A stretch of DNA of 64,000 bases from an uncultured Acidobacteriota bacterium (GTDB taxonomy: Bacteria; Acidobacteriota; Thermoanaerobaculia; Gp7-AA8). Every line of letters begins with the position of its first letter. The first letter of the stretch is position 1. Below, piece by piece: positions 39,864 through 51,231 of this stretch. A program made the position numbers and the translations under genes. The stretch is from positions 192,001-256,000 of the forward strand of contig CAWGHO010000001.1 in NCBI GenBank assembly GCA_963822445.1. Direction: 5' to 3'. The notes under the pieces are model-generated. The model saw only the letters and a list, made by a program, of their open reading frames with translations. It was not told where the DNA came from and made no database searches.

Positions 39864-40631
39864 ATGCGAACTCTCCTTCTCTCATTGTTCGTCTCTCTCG
39901 CCGTTCACGCTCACGGCCAACAACTGGACGGCTTCGAACGCGTCTTCATCCCGTTCAAGAACGCAAACATCACAGGAATCGGAGGATCGCGTTTCAGTAC
40001 AGTGGGTACATCGATCCACCGCGCCGCTTACACCTACTGGCCGCATTGCGATTTTTCCTCGACGACGCCGGTGTTCGGACGTCTCGAAGCAATCGGCGGC
40101 ATCGGCGTACCGCTGATCTGTGAGGGCGGGACGCGCGGGCGATTGTTCTTCGTCGAAGATGGCGCCGCGGACCAGATTTCGTTCGGATACACGATCGTCA
40201 GTTCTTCTGCCGAGGAAACTGCGGCCACCCATCGCGTGTCCATTCCTGTCGCGCGGGAACGGGATTTCAAGCGATCGCGATTTCATGTGGTCGTTCCTTA
40301 TGCGACCGGCCGCGTCACTCTCCGCGTTTACGAGATGAACGGACGCACCGAGGCGGCGGTCCGCGTCTCCGCGCGGGTCAGCATTCTCAGCTGGGCCGGT
40401 ATGGGGAGGGACACCGTGGTCACGTTGACGGGGCGCGAAGGAACGGATCCAAGCTATCCGTCATTCGCCGAAGTACCGCTCAACCTCGGATGCTTCGTCA
40501 CCTCTCCGCGCATCTGCTCGGAGTGGGATGCGGCCATCGAGATCACGCCACTGGTCGATGGCGAGTACTGGGCCGTGATCAGCCGAACGGACGACAGAAC
40601 GCAGCAGATCACGCTGTACTGGCCGCAATAG
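39864..40631 (+). CDS. Secreted hypothetical protein
   Basis: Signal peptide MRTLLLSL…AHG; FERVFIP, IPVARE, TQQIT motifs. Confidence 0.75.
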   Translation: MRTLLLSLFVSLAVHAHGQQLDGFERVFIPFKNANITGIGGSRFSTVGTSIHRAAYTYWPHCDFSSTTPVFGRLEAIGGIGVPLICEGGTRGRLFFVEDGAADQISFGYTIVSSSAEETAATHRVSIPVARERDFKRSRFHVVVPYATGRVTLRVYEMNGRTEAAVRVSARVSILSWAGMGRDTVVTLTGREGTDPSYPSFAEVPLNLGCFVTSPRICSEWDAAIEITPLVDGEYWAVISRTDDRTQQITLYWPQ

Positions 40632-40636
40632 CGCGG

Positions 40637-43045
40637 CTAGGTGACGGGCTGCAAAGCGCCCTCTTCCAGCCAGCGTCCGACCAGGCGGCGGATGCGGTAG
40701 GAATCGACGGCGATGGTCGGCTCGAACTCGCCGACGGGCGTACCCGACGACGCCTTCACCCACACTTCGCGAATCAACGCCGCCTCGGTCTCTTCCGGAT
40801 CGGCGGACGGCTTCGAGGCGCCCGCGCGTAGGGTGAGATCGTCCGGAACGAAGATCAGCATCTGCCGCAGCTCGTCATGCCGGCGGATTCCTTCGAACAG
40901 CAGCGGCATGATCTCGTGCAGGTCCTTCGCTTTCGGAGGGGCCGTGCTCGGGACGAACGAAAAGGTTCCAGTGACCGGCTTCTCCAGCAGTTGATAAATC
41001 GCCTCGGCCGACCGCAGATGGCTGGCCTGCGCGTCGACGAACTTCCCGTTCACGAACAGAAGCTTCCCCGCGGTCTGTCCGGTTGCTCGGGCGACTAGCG
41101 TGACGATGCCCGTGGCCTGCTGATCCGCGAGCGACTGCATGAGCGACGGCAATCCGAAGAAATCCAGATCGCCCGTGAGAGTCGCACCTGGTTTTGCTGC
41201 CGCGGTCGCGCCGGTACCGCCGGCCTTGGCCAGCACGGCCGCCGCGGCCCGCCCGATCTCGTGATCGCCGAATTTCTCGGCGATCTCGCTGAAGAGCACA
41301 TCGACCCGTTCCGCGCGCGTTCCGGAGAGCGCCTCGATCAACTTCAGCGGCGGCTGCTTCGACGAGATGATGCGGCCGAGGACCTTCGTGGGAAGGTCAT
41401 CGCGGATCGCGCCGACGAGCACGTCGACGGTCTTCTCGTCGAAAGAAAGATCGTGTTGCGCGAGCGTGGCCAGCCGGCCGCGGGTGTCGCCGAGAAGCGG
41501 ATTCGGCTTCATGCCGTGGCGGGCGATCGTCAGCAGTGCCGAAGGAGTGGCGATGCGGCCGAGCGAAGCGCAGATGCGGTCGAGGACTTTCTGCAGCTCG
41601 TCAGCGGGATAGAGCGAGGTGTCTTTGCGCAGCAGGAGGGCCTCGAACTCCGCGAGGCGCGTGGTCAGCACGCGCGCGGCGGCATCGCTCTTGAGGTGCC
41701 CGAGTGGCACGACCGCTTCCTTGATGACGTAGATGTTCTGCCCGCGCGCCACGGCTTTGGTCAGCAGCTCCAGCTCTTTGTCGCTGTTCTCCTCAAGCTC
41801 ACGCGGGATGCGATGGAGGAGATAGATGACGTTGCGAAGGTAGTAGGTATCAACTTCGTTCGGCTCGCGCGCGAGCTCCTTCTCCAGCTCGACCAGCGCG
41901 TAATTTCGCGCGTCGGGTCCGTACGCCTCCAGGAGGCTGAGAAGGGCGCGGCGGCGCTCGGGACGCTGCTCGCCGCGGAGCTGATCGAACAGACTCTCGC
42001 GCGTCAGCGTCGGGAAAAAGCTCAAGGCCCGCCGCAGCATGCTGTGCTTGGCCTTGTTCTCGGTGTACTTCCGCAGCTGCTCGGCGCTGATCGATTCGAC
42101 GGCGTCGTGATGAATGCGATCGCTGGTCGAGGGATCGATCTTTTTCTCGCGCAACATCTGCGCGGCCAGCTCCAGCATCGAGACGGCCGCGCCGAGACCG
42201 CCGTTGTTGAAGTGGGCCACGGCTTCGCTCATGAGCTCGCGCAAGCGCCGCGCACTCTCCTGCGCGTCGGAGGTCAGGGCGATGATCTTGCGCATCGCCT
42301 CGATCGCCGCGGGCTGCTTCGCTTCGGACGGGACGGAGATCTCCCACTGCGGAACGGCAGCGGCCAGCACGTTCATCAGCTTTTCGGGATCGGTCTCACC
42401 GGTGTAGCTGCCGAGGCTTTTCAGATACGTCTTCAGCTCTTCCTCAGACGTCGAGCTCGCGGCGGCCATCGAGACCAGCTGCGCGGCCGGCTGCGGATCG
42501 ATCTTCGTGGAACCAGCTCCGCCGGACCCGAACGGAAGATGCTTCGTCAAACGCTCGACGATCATCGACAGCCGCCGCGTGCTTCGAGACACCGCTTCGG
42601 TGACGGCACCTTTCGGCGCGGCCTTCGGGGTGCTCTCGGTGCGACCGATGGGCACGACCGTCGTCGGTGTCTCGACAGTCGTCGTCTCGCGGAGGGCAGC
42701 GAGGCTTCGGCCGAGAAGCTCGCGCTCCTCCGGGGGGCAGGCCTGCAGCGCCAGCGGATAAACATTTTCGAGGTACTGCTCCAGCGCCGAGCGGTCGATC
42801 AGCCGCAGCATGCTGACCACGTGGATCTTCCGGATCGCGTGGAAGAGCAGGTCGCCCTGCGAGGCATCCTGATGGCGGGCCTGCTCGAGCGACCAGTTCT
42901 GGACCTGCCGCATCACCAGCTCAGGTGGAGCGGACATGAGTGTCTCCACCGCGTCGCTTGCGGTGAGCGGCGGGATCTGGTCCAGCAGGTATCGGTGCAG
43001 ATCGAAGAGAGCGATCTGAAATTCGGGGCTCGGATGCGGTTCCAC
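40637..43045 (-). CDS. Helical-repeat protein with C-terminal DUF4388 (PatA_N-like) domain
   Basis: LTGDLDFFGLPSLMQSL…TG..L…G.F.F…LLFEGIRRHDE. GTG start with GAGGA RBS. Confidence 0.85.
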   Translation of the reverse strand: MEPHPSPEFQIALFDLHRYLLDQIPPLTASDAVETLMSAPPELVMRQVQNWSLEQARHQDASQGDLLFHAIRKIHVVSMLRLIDRSALEQYLENVYPLALQACPPEERELLGRSLAALRETTTVETPTTVVPIGRTESTPKAAPKGAVTEAVSRSTRRLSMIVERLTKHLPFGSGGAGSTKIDPQPAAQLVSMAAASSTSEEELKTYLKSLGSYTGETDPEKLMNVLAAAVPQWEISVPSEAKQPAAIEAMRKIIALTSDAQESARRLRELMSEAVAHFNNGGLGAAVSMLELAAQMLREKKIDPSTSDRIHHDAVESISAEQLRKYTENKAKHSMLRRALSFFPTLTRESLFDQLRGEQRPERRRALLSLLEAYGPDARNYALVELEKELAREPNEVDTYYLRNVIYLLHRIPRELEENSDKELELLTKAVARGQNIYVIKEAVVPLGHLKSDAAARVLTTRLAEFEALLLRKDTSLYPADELQKVLDRICASLGRIATPSALLTIARHGMKPNPLLGDTRGRLATLAQHDLSFDEKTVDVLVGAIRDDLPTKVLGRIISSKQPPLKLIEALSGTRAERVDVLFSEIAEKFGDHEIGRAAAAVLAKAGGTGATAAAKPGATLTGDLDFFGLPSLMQSLADQQATGIVTLVARATGQTAGKLLFVNGKFVDAQASHLRSAEAIYQLLEKPVTGTFSFVPSTAPPKAKDLHEIMPLLFEGIRRHDELRQMLIFVPDDLTLRAGASKPSADPEETEAALIREVWVKASSGTPVGEFEPTIAVDSYRIRRLVGRWLEEGALQPVT

Positions 43046-43147
43046 GTGTCCTCGACGAGAAGAGCCGCATTGTAGACGACGGCTCGCGTCGTTTCCGTTA
43101 TTGCCGCCTGCCGCAACATGGCCGCAGCCGTCCCGTAAACTGAAATT

Positions 43148-44479
43148 CTGAGCGACCGCTACACCGCCGACGAGCTGGCCCGCCTCACCGACGCGGACGT
43201 GATCCGCCGCGAGATCGACTCGCGCAACCGCAAGTGGCTTGCGGCGCTGCTGATCACGTTTGCGGTTTTCGCCATCGCCAACCTCATCCGGCACGCATTC
43301 AGTGGACCTGTTCCGGCGCTCATCTGGCGGACGGTGGTCGCGAACATGATCCTGAACATCGTCGCGGTGATCGCGCTGAGCCGCATGCGGCGCAACGTCA
43401 CCGCATGGGTGCTGGTCTTCTGCGTGCTGCAGTACTTCGTCGCGATTCACGACGGACCCAACTGGGTCTTCGGCGGGGTCAACGCCCTGCTCTTCTCGCG
43501 ATTCCGGCTGTCGCTGCCGCAGTCGATGACGCTGCACGCGATGATGGCCGCGGCGATGTTCGGCTTCGCCAGTGTCCATCCGGTACCTTCCACGAATCCT
43601 CACTTCAGCGAGGCGCACCTGACCCTGCTGCTGCTCGTGGTCAATGTGCTGTTCATGATTTGCGCGTTCGCGCTGCAGAACGTGGGCACACGGCGCGTCC
43701 GGCGCGAAATTCTCGAAACCTGGCGCGATCCTCTGCAGAACGCGCGCGAACAGGTGCGGATGCGCGACGAGCTGCACTACGCGCGGCAGTTGCAGCTTTC
43801 GATGCTGCCCGAGGCTCCGCCGCGGATCGATTGGCTGGAGATTGCGGCGATCTCGATTCCCGCCGCGGAAGTCGGCGGCGATTACTACGACTTCTTCGTC
43901 GAGCAGGATCGAGTTGCCATCGTGGCCTGCGACGTCGCCGGACATGGGATGCAGAGCGGCCTGGTGCTCGCCGCGATCCGCGGAGGGTTGATCACGACAC
44001 TGCGCCGTTCGATGACCACGCCCTCGGCCGTACTCAATCAGCTGCACGACCTGGTCATGCACACCAGCCGGCGGCGAATGCTGACCACGGCGGTCGTGGT
44101 TCTGCTCGATCGTGAAACGCGGCGGATGACCATCGCCAGCGCGGCCCATCCGCCGCTGGTCGTGCGTCGCGGAGAGTCCACCGAGGTCATCAACGTCTTC
44201 GCGCCACCCCTCGGCGTCCGCCTCCCCTTCGCACCGGCGGAGCGGACTCTCGACTTCGAAAGCGGCGACGTGGTGGTGATCCACAGCGATGGGGTTTACG
44301 AGTCGCGCAACACGGCGGGCGAGGAGTACGGCATGGACCGAATCCGGAACGTTGTCGCGGCCCAGCCGGCCGACGCCACGGCCGAATCGATCCGCGACGC
44401 GATCGTGCGCGAGGCGGAACAGTTCCGCGGACGCCCGCAGGACGATGACGCCACCGTGGTCGTAGTCCGGATCCGCTGA
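43148..44479 (+). CDS. Membrane PP2C/SpoIIE-family phosphatase
   Basis: VGGDYYD, DVAGHG, AHP, HSDGV.E, QDDDAT. CTG start inferred from TAAACT 6 nt upstream and from the paralog alignment. Confidence 0.9.
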   Translation: MSDRYTADELARLTDADVIRREIDSRNRKWLAALLITFAVFAIANLIRHAFSGPVPALIWRTVVANMILNIVAVIALSRMRRNVTAWVLVFCVLQYFVAIHDGPNWVFGGVNALLFSRFRLSLPQSMTLHAMMAAAMFGFASVHPVPSTNPHFSEAHLTLLLLVVNVLFMICAFALQNVGTRRVRREILETWRDPLQNAREQVRMRDELHYARQLQLSMLPEAPPRIDWLEIAAISIPAAEVGGDYYDFFVEQDRVAIVACDVAGHGMQSGLVLAAIRGGLITTLRRSMTTPSAVLNQLHDLVMHTSRRRMLTTAVVVLLDRETRRMTIASAAHPPLVVRRGESTEVINVFAPPLGVRLPFAPAERTLDFESGDVVVIHSDGVYESRNTAGEEYGMDRIRNVVAAQPADATAESIRDAIVREAEQFRGRPQDDDATVVVVRIR

Positions 44480-44516
44480 AAACCTTCTTCGCTGAAATCC
44501 GAACTACCATCGGCCT

Positions 44517-45856
44517 ATGGCTTTGCCGTACTCGCTCGATGAGATCGTGCGCACGTCCGATGAATCCGCGGTGCTCACGTTTTTCGACGAGCGCACCACG
44601 GCCGCGCTGCGCATTCTCTCGCTCGTTTTCCTGATCATCGCCGTGCCGTTCTTCATCGCCTCGGCGGTGCATGCGGAGGTGTTTCGCACGAACCTGTCCG
44701 CGGTCGCCATGTTGACCTCCGCCACGCTCTTCCTCGGCCTCCGCCGGAAGAAAGCGCGGCCGCGGCTCGCCAACTTCATCCGCCCCCGCGTGCGCGGCGT
44801 GGCCATGACCTTCGCCATCATCCAGACGACGATCCTGCTGATGGTGAACGCACCGAGCGAGGGCGTCGTCGCGCTGGCGGTCCTGATCCCGTTCGCGTTC
44901 GTCAGCTTCCGGCTTCTGCCGGCGGAACATGTCCTCCTGCACGCGACCCAGGCCGGGATCTCGGCCGTGCTCGTCGCCTTCTTCCTGGTCTCGAACGAAC
45001 CAAAACCGGGGCTGGTCATCCCCGTCCTCATGACCAACGGCCTGGCCATGACCCTGGCGCTGCTCATTTCGCGGCGGGTGCGGCGGAACATCACCGCGCA
45101 ATGGACGGAGCGCCGCCTGAGTGCGCGCGAGCAGATCCGCATGCGCGACGAGCTTCGGTACGCGCGCGAGCTGCAACTCTCGATGCTTCCCGAATGCGCG
45201 CCGCGGATCCCCTGGGCCGACCTTTGCGCGATCTCGATTCCGGCGACGGAGGTGGGCGGCGATTACTACGACTACTTCGTCGACGGCGATTGCGTCGCGC
45301 TGGTCTGCGGCGATGTGGCCGGACACGGCATGGCCAGCGGCCTGGTGCTCGCGTCGATGCGCAGCGGATTCACGTTGCTGAAGGAGTCGCTGTCGAATCC
45401 CGCCGTAGTCCTGCGCCGTCTGCACGATCTGATCGCCGAGACGAGCCGCCGCCGGATGCTCGTGACGGTGGCGGTGGTGCTGCTCGATCAGAAGAATCGC
45501 CGCGCCACGATCGCCAGTGCCGGCCATCCGCCGGTGCTCGTCGCCCACGCCGACGGCACGCTCGACACGCTCAACCTCTACGCACCGCCCCTCGGCGTCC
45601 GCCTGCCGGTTGCCATCCCCCAGCAGACCATCGACCTCCGCCCCGGCGACGTCTTCGTCCTCCACAGCGACGGCATCTACGAAACGCGCAACGAACAGGA
45701 TGAAACGTACGGACTGGAGCGTCTCGGACAGGTCGTGTTGGCCAACGCCGCGGAAAACGCGGAGACGCTACGGAACGCGATCATCGCGGATGTGGAGCGG
45801 TTTCGCGGGGGTGTGGCGCAGGATGACGACGTGACGGTGGTGGTGGCGAAGATTGG

Positions 45857-45860
<4 letters not shown>
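44517..45860 (+). CDS. Membrane PP2C/SpoIIE-family phosphatase (tandem paralog)
   Basis: VGGDYYD, GDVAGHG, AGHPP, HSDGI.E, QDDDVT. Confidence 0.92.
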
Positions 45861-47754
<1,894 letters not shown>

Positions 47755-47798
47755 GAAGGCGGCGGGATTCTAGCGTGCCTGCTCGCGACGCGTTTGCT

Positions 47799-49307
47799 TC
47801 ATCGCGGCCTCATCCATCCGTGCATGTGCCACAGCGTCTCCAGGCGCAGGGCGCGCTGCTCCGCGGGCGAGAGCTCGCGAACGTTTCCCTGGCGGTCGAC
47901 GAAGCACTTGCGGCCGGGCAATGCCGCGAGCCGCAGCGACTCGACCATCCGCCGGTTCACGCTTCGGTGAGGGATGAATGCGACCACGGGATCACTGAGC
48001 CACTCCATCTTGTGAGCGATCCAGACATCGGCGTAGCAGACGCGATAACCACCCGCCGCGAGGGCTCGAAGCGTGCCTCTTGGATCGAAACCGCCCCAAT
48101 GTTCGAACTGCTCGCGTTTCGCGGCGGCGACCTCGCGCGCGTCGTGCGCTCGCGGAACGTAAAGCGCGAGCGTGATCACCACCGCAACGGCGGCGGCAAG
48201 CACACGGGACTGAACCTGTGGCCGATTCCACAACGCCACGATCTCCCTCGCCGCGAACGCGTACAGAATCGGCAACGCGATCACGATGTAGCGCACTGCG
48301 CCGTGATACGCGACGGTCGAGAGGACCCAGAAAGCAAACGCGGTTGCGACGATTCCCGCGGCGAAGAGCGTCTCCCTGCGCAGATCGAACCGGCGAGTGG
48401 CCATGAGCAGCAGGACGACGACGGCGGCGCCGAGGAGGATTCCAAGGAGGGAGCCGCTCGCGCCGATCAGCTGCCAGAAGTCCCACTGCGCCGTGTCCGT
48501 CAGCCGATCCAGCACGCGGCGAAATGCCCATCCCGGAGTGACCGGTGCGTAGAGCCTCTGATCGACTTCGAGCCGTCCGATGATCGCAGGCACGTAGCCG
48601 AGAGCGATCCCGCTCGCGAATACGAGCACGCCGGCGAGGAGGTCGCGTCGCGGCAGCCCGCGCGCGTCGAACCAGAAGATCACCGCCAGCGCCGGAAGCA
48701 CCACGAACGTGACTCCGCGATGAATCCACCAGCCGCTGCCCGCCAGCAGGCCGAGCACGAGCCAGTGCTGCAGACGTACGAACCGGAAACGGCAGACGTA
48801 CCAGAAGACCACCGCTCCAAGGAAAAAATACTGCTCGGCGCTGAGCGGCGCGTACGTCAGCTTGAAGAGGAACGCCGGACCGGCAGCCATCCACAACAGC
48901 ATGAGCAACGAAGCCCGCCGGCCGACCACGCTCCGCAAGCCGGCGTGAAAAAACAGCAATGCAGCGAGGACCTCGATCGCCACACCCAGCCGCAGCGCGA
49001 GCGGTCCGATCTCGTCGAGAAAGACCGTTCCGGCGATGACGGCGAATGCGGACGTCAGCGGCGCGAGGTAATCGCTCGCCCAGAAGATCAGCGGCACGTC
49101 GCCGGCCGCCATCGCCCGAGCCATGAGGCCGAGGAGCGCGGCGTCGCTGTGCCATCCGAGAAGCAGGCCGGGACGCACATACAGCGGGAATCGCAACGCG
49201 AAGAAGGCAAACACCGCGGCGGCGATCCCGGTGCACTCCCACCACGTCACCGGCCGGAAGCGGTCGCTGTCGGACGTTCGACTCATCACGATTCCTGGAC
49301 GGCTCAT
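47799..49307 (-). CDS. Polytopic membrane protein, probable GT-C glycosyltransferase
   Basis: SDAALLGLMA…P..FW…Y N-terminal motif, about 11 TM helices, RY motif. Confidence 0.75.
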   Translation of the reverse strand: MSRPGIVMSRTSDSDRFRPVTWWECTGIAAAVFAFFALRFPLYVRPGLLLGWHSDAALLGLMARAMAAGDVPLIFWASDYLAPLTSAFAVIAGTVFLDEIGPLALRLGVAIEVLAALLFFHAGLRSVVGRRASLLMLLWMAAGPAFLFKLTYAPLSAEQYFFLGAVVFWYVCRFRFVRLQHWLVLGLLAGSGWWIHRGVTFVVLPALAVIFWFDARGLPRRDLLAGVLVFASGIALGYVPAIIGRLEVDQRLYAPVTPGWAFRRVLDRLTDTAQWDFWQLIGASGSLLGILLGAAVVVLLLMATRRFDLRRETLFAAGIVATAFAFWVLSTVAYHGAVRYIVIALPILYAFAAREIVALWNRPQVQSRVLAAAVAVVITLALYVPRAHDAREVAAAKREQFEHWGGFDPRGTLRALAAGGYRVCYADVWIAHKMEWLSDPVVAFIPHRSVNRRMVESLRLAALPGRKCFVDRQGNVRELSPAEQRALRLETLWHMHGWMRPR

Positions 49308-49334
49308 GGTAACCGCCCGCTAAGATTCGCCCTC

Positions 49335-51016
49335 ATGAAGCGAATCGCCGCATTCGTCCTCTCGCTCACCCTCTCGTTCACGCTCGCCGCACAAAAGAAA
49401 TCCTTCAGCGTGGTCGAGGCGTCGATCCCCGACATGCAGGCCGCCCTGCGCGACAAACGCATCACCTCGCGCGAGCTCGTCCTGCAGTACCTGGTGCGCA
49501 TTGCCACCTACGAGGACAAGCTCAACGCCATCATCACCGTCAATCCGAAGGCGCTCGAGGAAGCGGAGATGCTCGATCGCGAGCGCGCCGCGGGCAAACT
49601 TCGCGGTCCGCTTCACGGAATCCCCATCGCCCTCAAGGACAACATCCACACGACCGACATGCCCACCACCGGCGGCGCGCTGGCGTTCGCGGAGCTCGTT
49701 CCGCCGTACGAGGCCACGCTCACCACGAATCTGAAGAAGGCCGGCGCGATCATCATCGCCAAGACCCAGCTGACCGAGCTCGCGAACTGGGTGGCCGGCA
49801 CGCCCTCGATGCCGACGAACTACAACTCGCTGAACGGCTACGGCTTCAATCCCTACGACGCTCGCCGCGATCCGCGCGAGGCCACCGGCGACGGCCGTCC
49901 CGCGCTCGCCACGGGCGGCTCGAGCTCCGGCACGGGCACTGCCGCGAACTTCTGGGCGGCGAACGTCGGCACCGAGACCTCGGGATCGATCCTCAGCCCG
50001 GCCAACGCGAACATGCTCGCCGCGATCAAGCCCACCGTCGGCCGCATCAGCCGCTACGGCGTCATTCCCATCACCGCCGACCAGGACACGCCCGGCCCCA
50101 TGGCCCGGTTCGTCGTCGACACGGCGATCCTCCTCGGCGTGATGGAAGGCGAAGACCCGAACGACGCTGCGACCAAGACGTGTCCGCCTCCGCCGAACCG
50201 CGACTACACGCAGTTCCTGAAGAGAGACGGATTGAAAGGCGCGCGCATCGGCATTCCCCGCGCGCTGTACTACGACAAGACCACGCCTCCCGGCGCGAAG
50301 ACGACGCGCGGCGGCCTCAATGACGATCAGAAGAAAGTGATGGACGAAGCCATCGCCGTCCTCAAAGCGCAAGGTGCGGTGGTCGTCGATCCGGCGGACA
50401 TCCCCAGCGTCGTCGACACCGATGCGAAGAACAATCTGCTGAACTGGGGTATCTGCACGGAGATGGACGTGCTGAAGAAGAAGGAGTGCTCGATCGACTT
50501 CGCTTACGGCATGGAGCGCGACTTCAACGCCTGGCTCACCTCCCTCGGCGACAAGGCCCCGGTGAAGACGCTCGACAGAGCTGCGCGCGTGGAACCGGTC
50601 GCACGAGAAGCTGGGCGCGCTGAGGTACGGCCAGTCGCTGCTCGACTTCTCGGACGCGATGGACCTCGAGCTGTTCAAGCGCGCGCTACGAAGCCGATCG
50701 CGCGAACGACATCCGCCTCACCGGACCGCAGGGCATCGACGCGGCGATGAAGAATCACAAACTCGACGCGCTGCTCTTCCCCGGACCGAGCGGCGCCGCG
50801 CTGGCTGCGCGCCCGGGATATCCGACGGTGATGGTGCCGTTCGCGTTCGTGCCGAATGCGCCGACGACTGCTTTCCCCGAGGGGTTCAACGCGAAGCCGG
50901 CGCCGTACGGGGTGAGCTTCACCGGCGGCGCATGCAGCGAGCCGACGCTGTTGCGGCTCGCGTATGCGTTCGAGCAGGCCACGAAGCGGCGCGTGCAGCC
51001 GCCGGCATTTCCGTGA
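49335..51016 (+). CDS. Amidase signature family protein (two apparent frameshifts near 50575 and 50680)
   Basis: Signal peptide, PLHGIPIALKDN, GGSSSG, GTETSGSI, KPTVG; C-terminal AYAFEQAT in 50747..51016. Confidence 0.9.
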
Positions 51017-51201
51017 CCGAGTTCGTCGGAGTGACGTGTCCCTACTGCGGCGAGCCGGCGGAGCTCGACGTCGAGGAGGGCGGCGCGAGCCGGCAGTCAT
51101 ACGTGCAGGACTGCCCGGTGTGCTGCCAGCCGTGGCAGGTGGAAGTGACGCGCGATCGCGATGGGGATTGGAGCGCGACGTTGCGGACGAGCGACGAATA
51201 G
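51013..51201 (+). CDS. CPXCG-motif cysteine-rich small protein
   Basis: CPYCGE…YVQDCPVCCQP; GTGA overlap with the amidase stop. Confidence 0.88.
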   Translation: MTEFVGVTCPYCGEPAELDVEEGGASRQSYVQDCPVCCQPWQVEVTRDRDGDWSATLRTSDE

Positions 51202-51231
51202 CTTGCTACCATCCCCCGTCCCCTCCCAACC

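Noticed and set aside
43046-44284. N-terminal ~410 aa of the 1215-aa ORF 40637..44284
   Set aside because: Antisense shadow of the PP2C gene; the real protein starts near GTG 43045.
47775-49334. N-terminal half of the 991-aa ORF 47775..50750
   Set aside because: Antisense shadow of the membrane glycosyltransferase; the amidase starts at ATG 49335.
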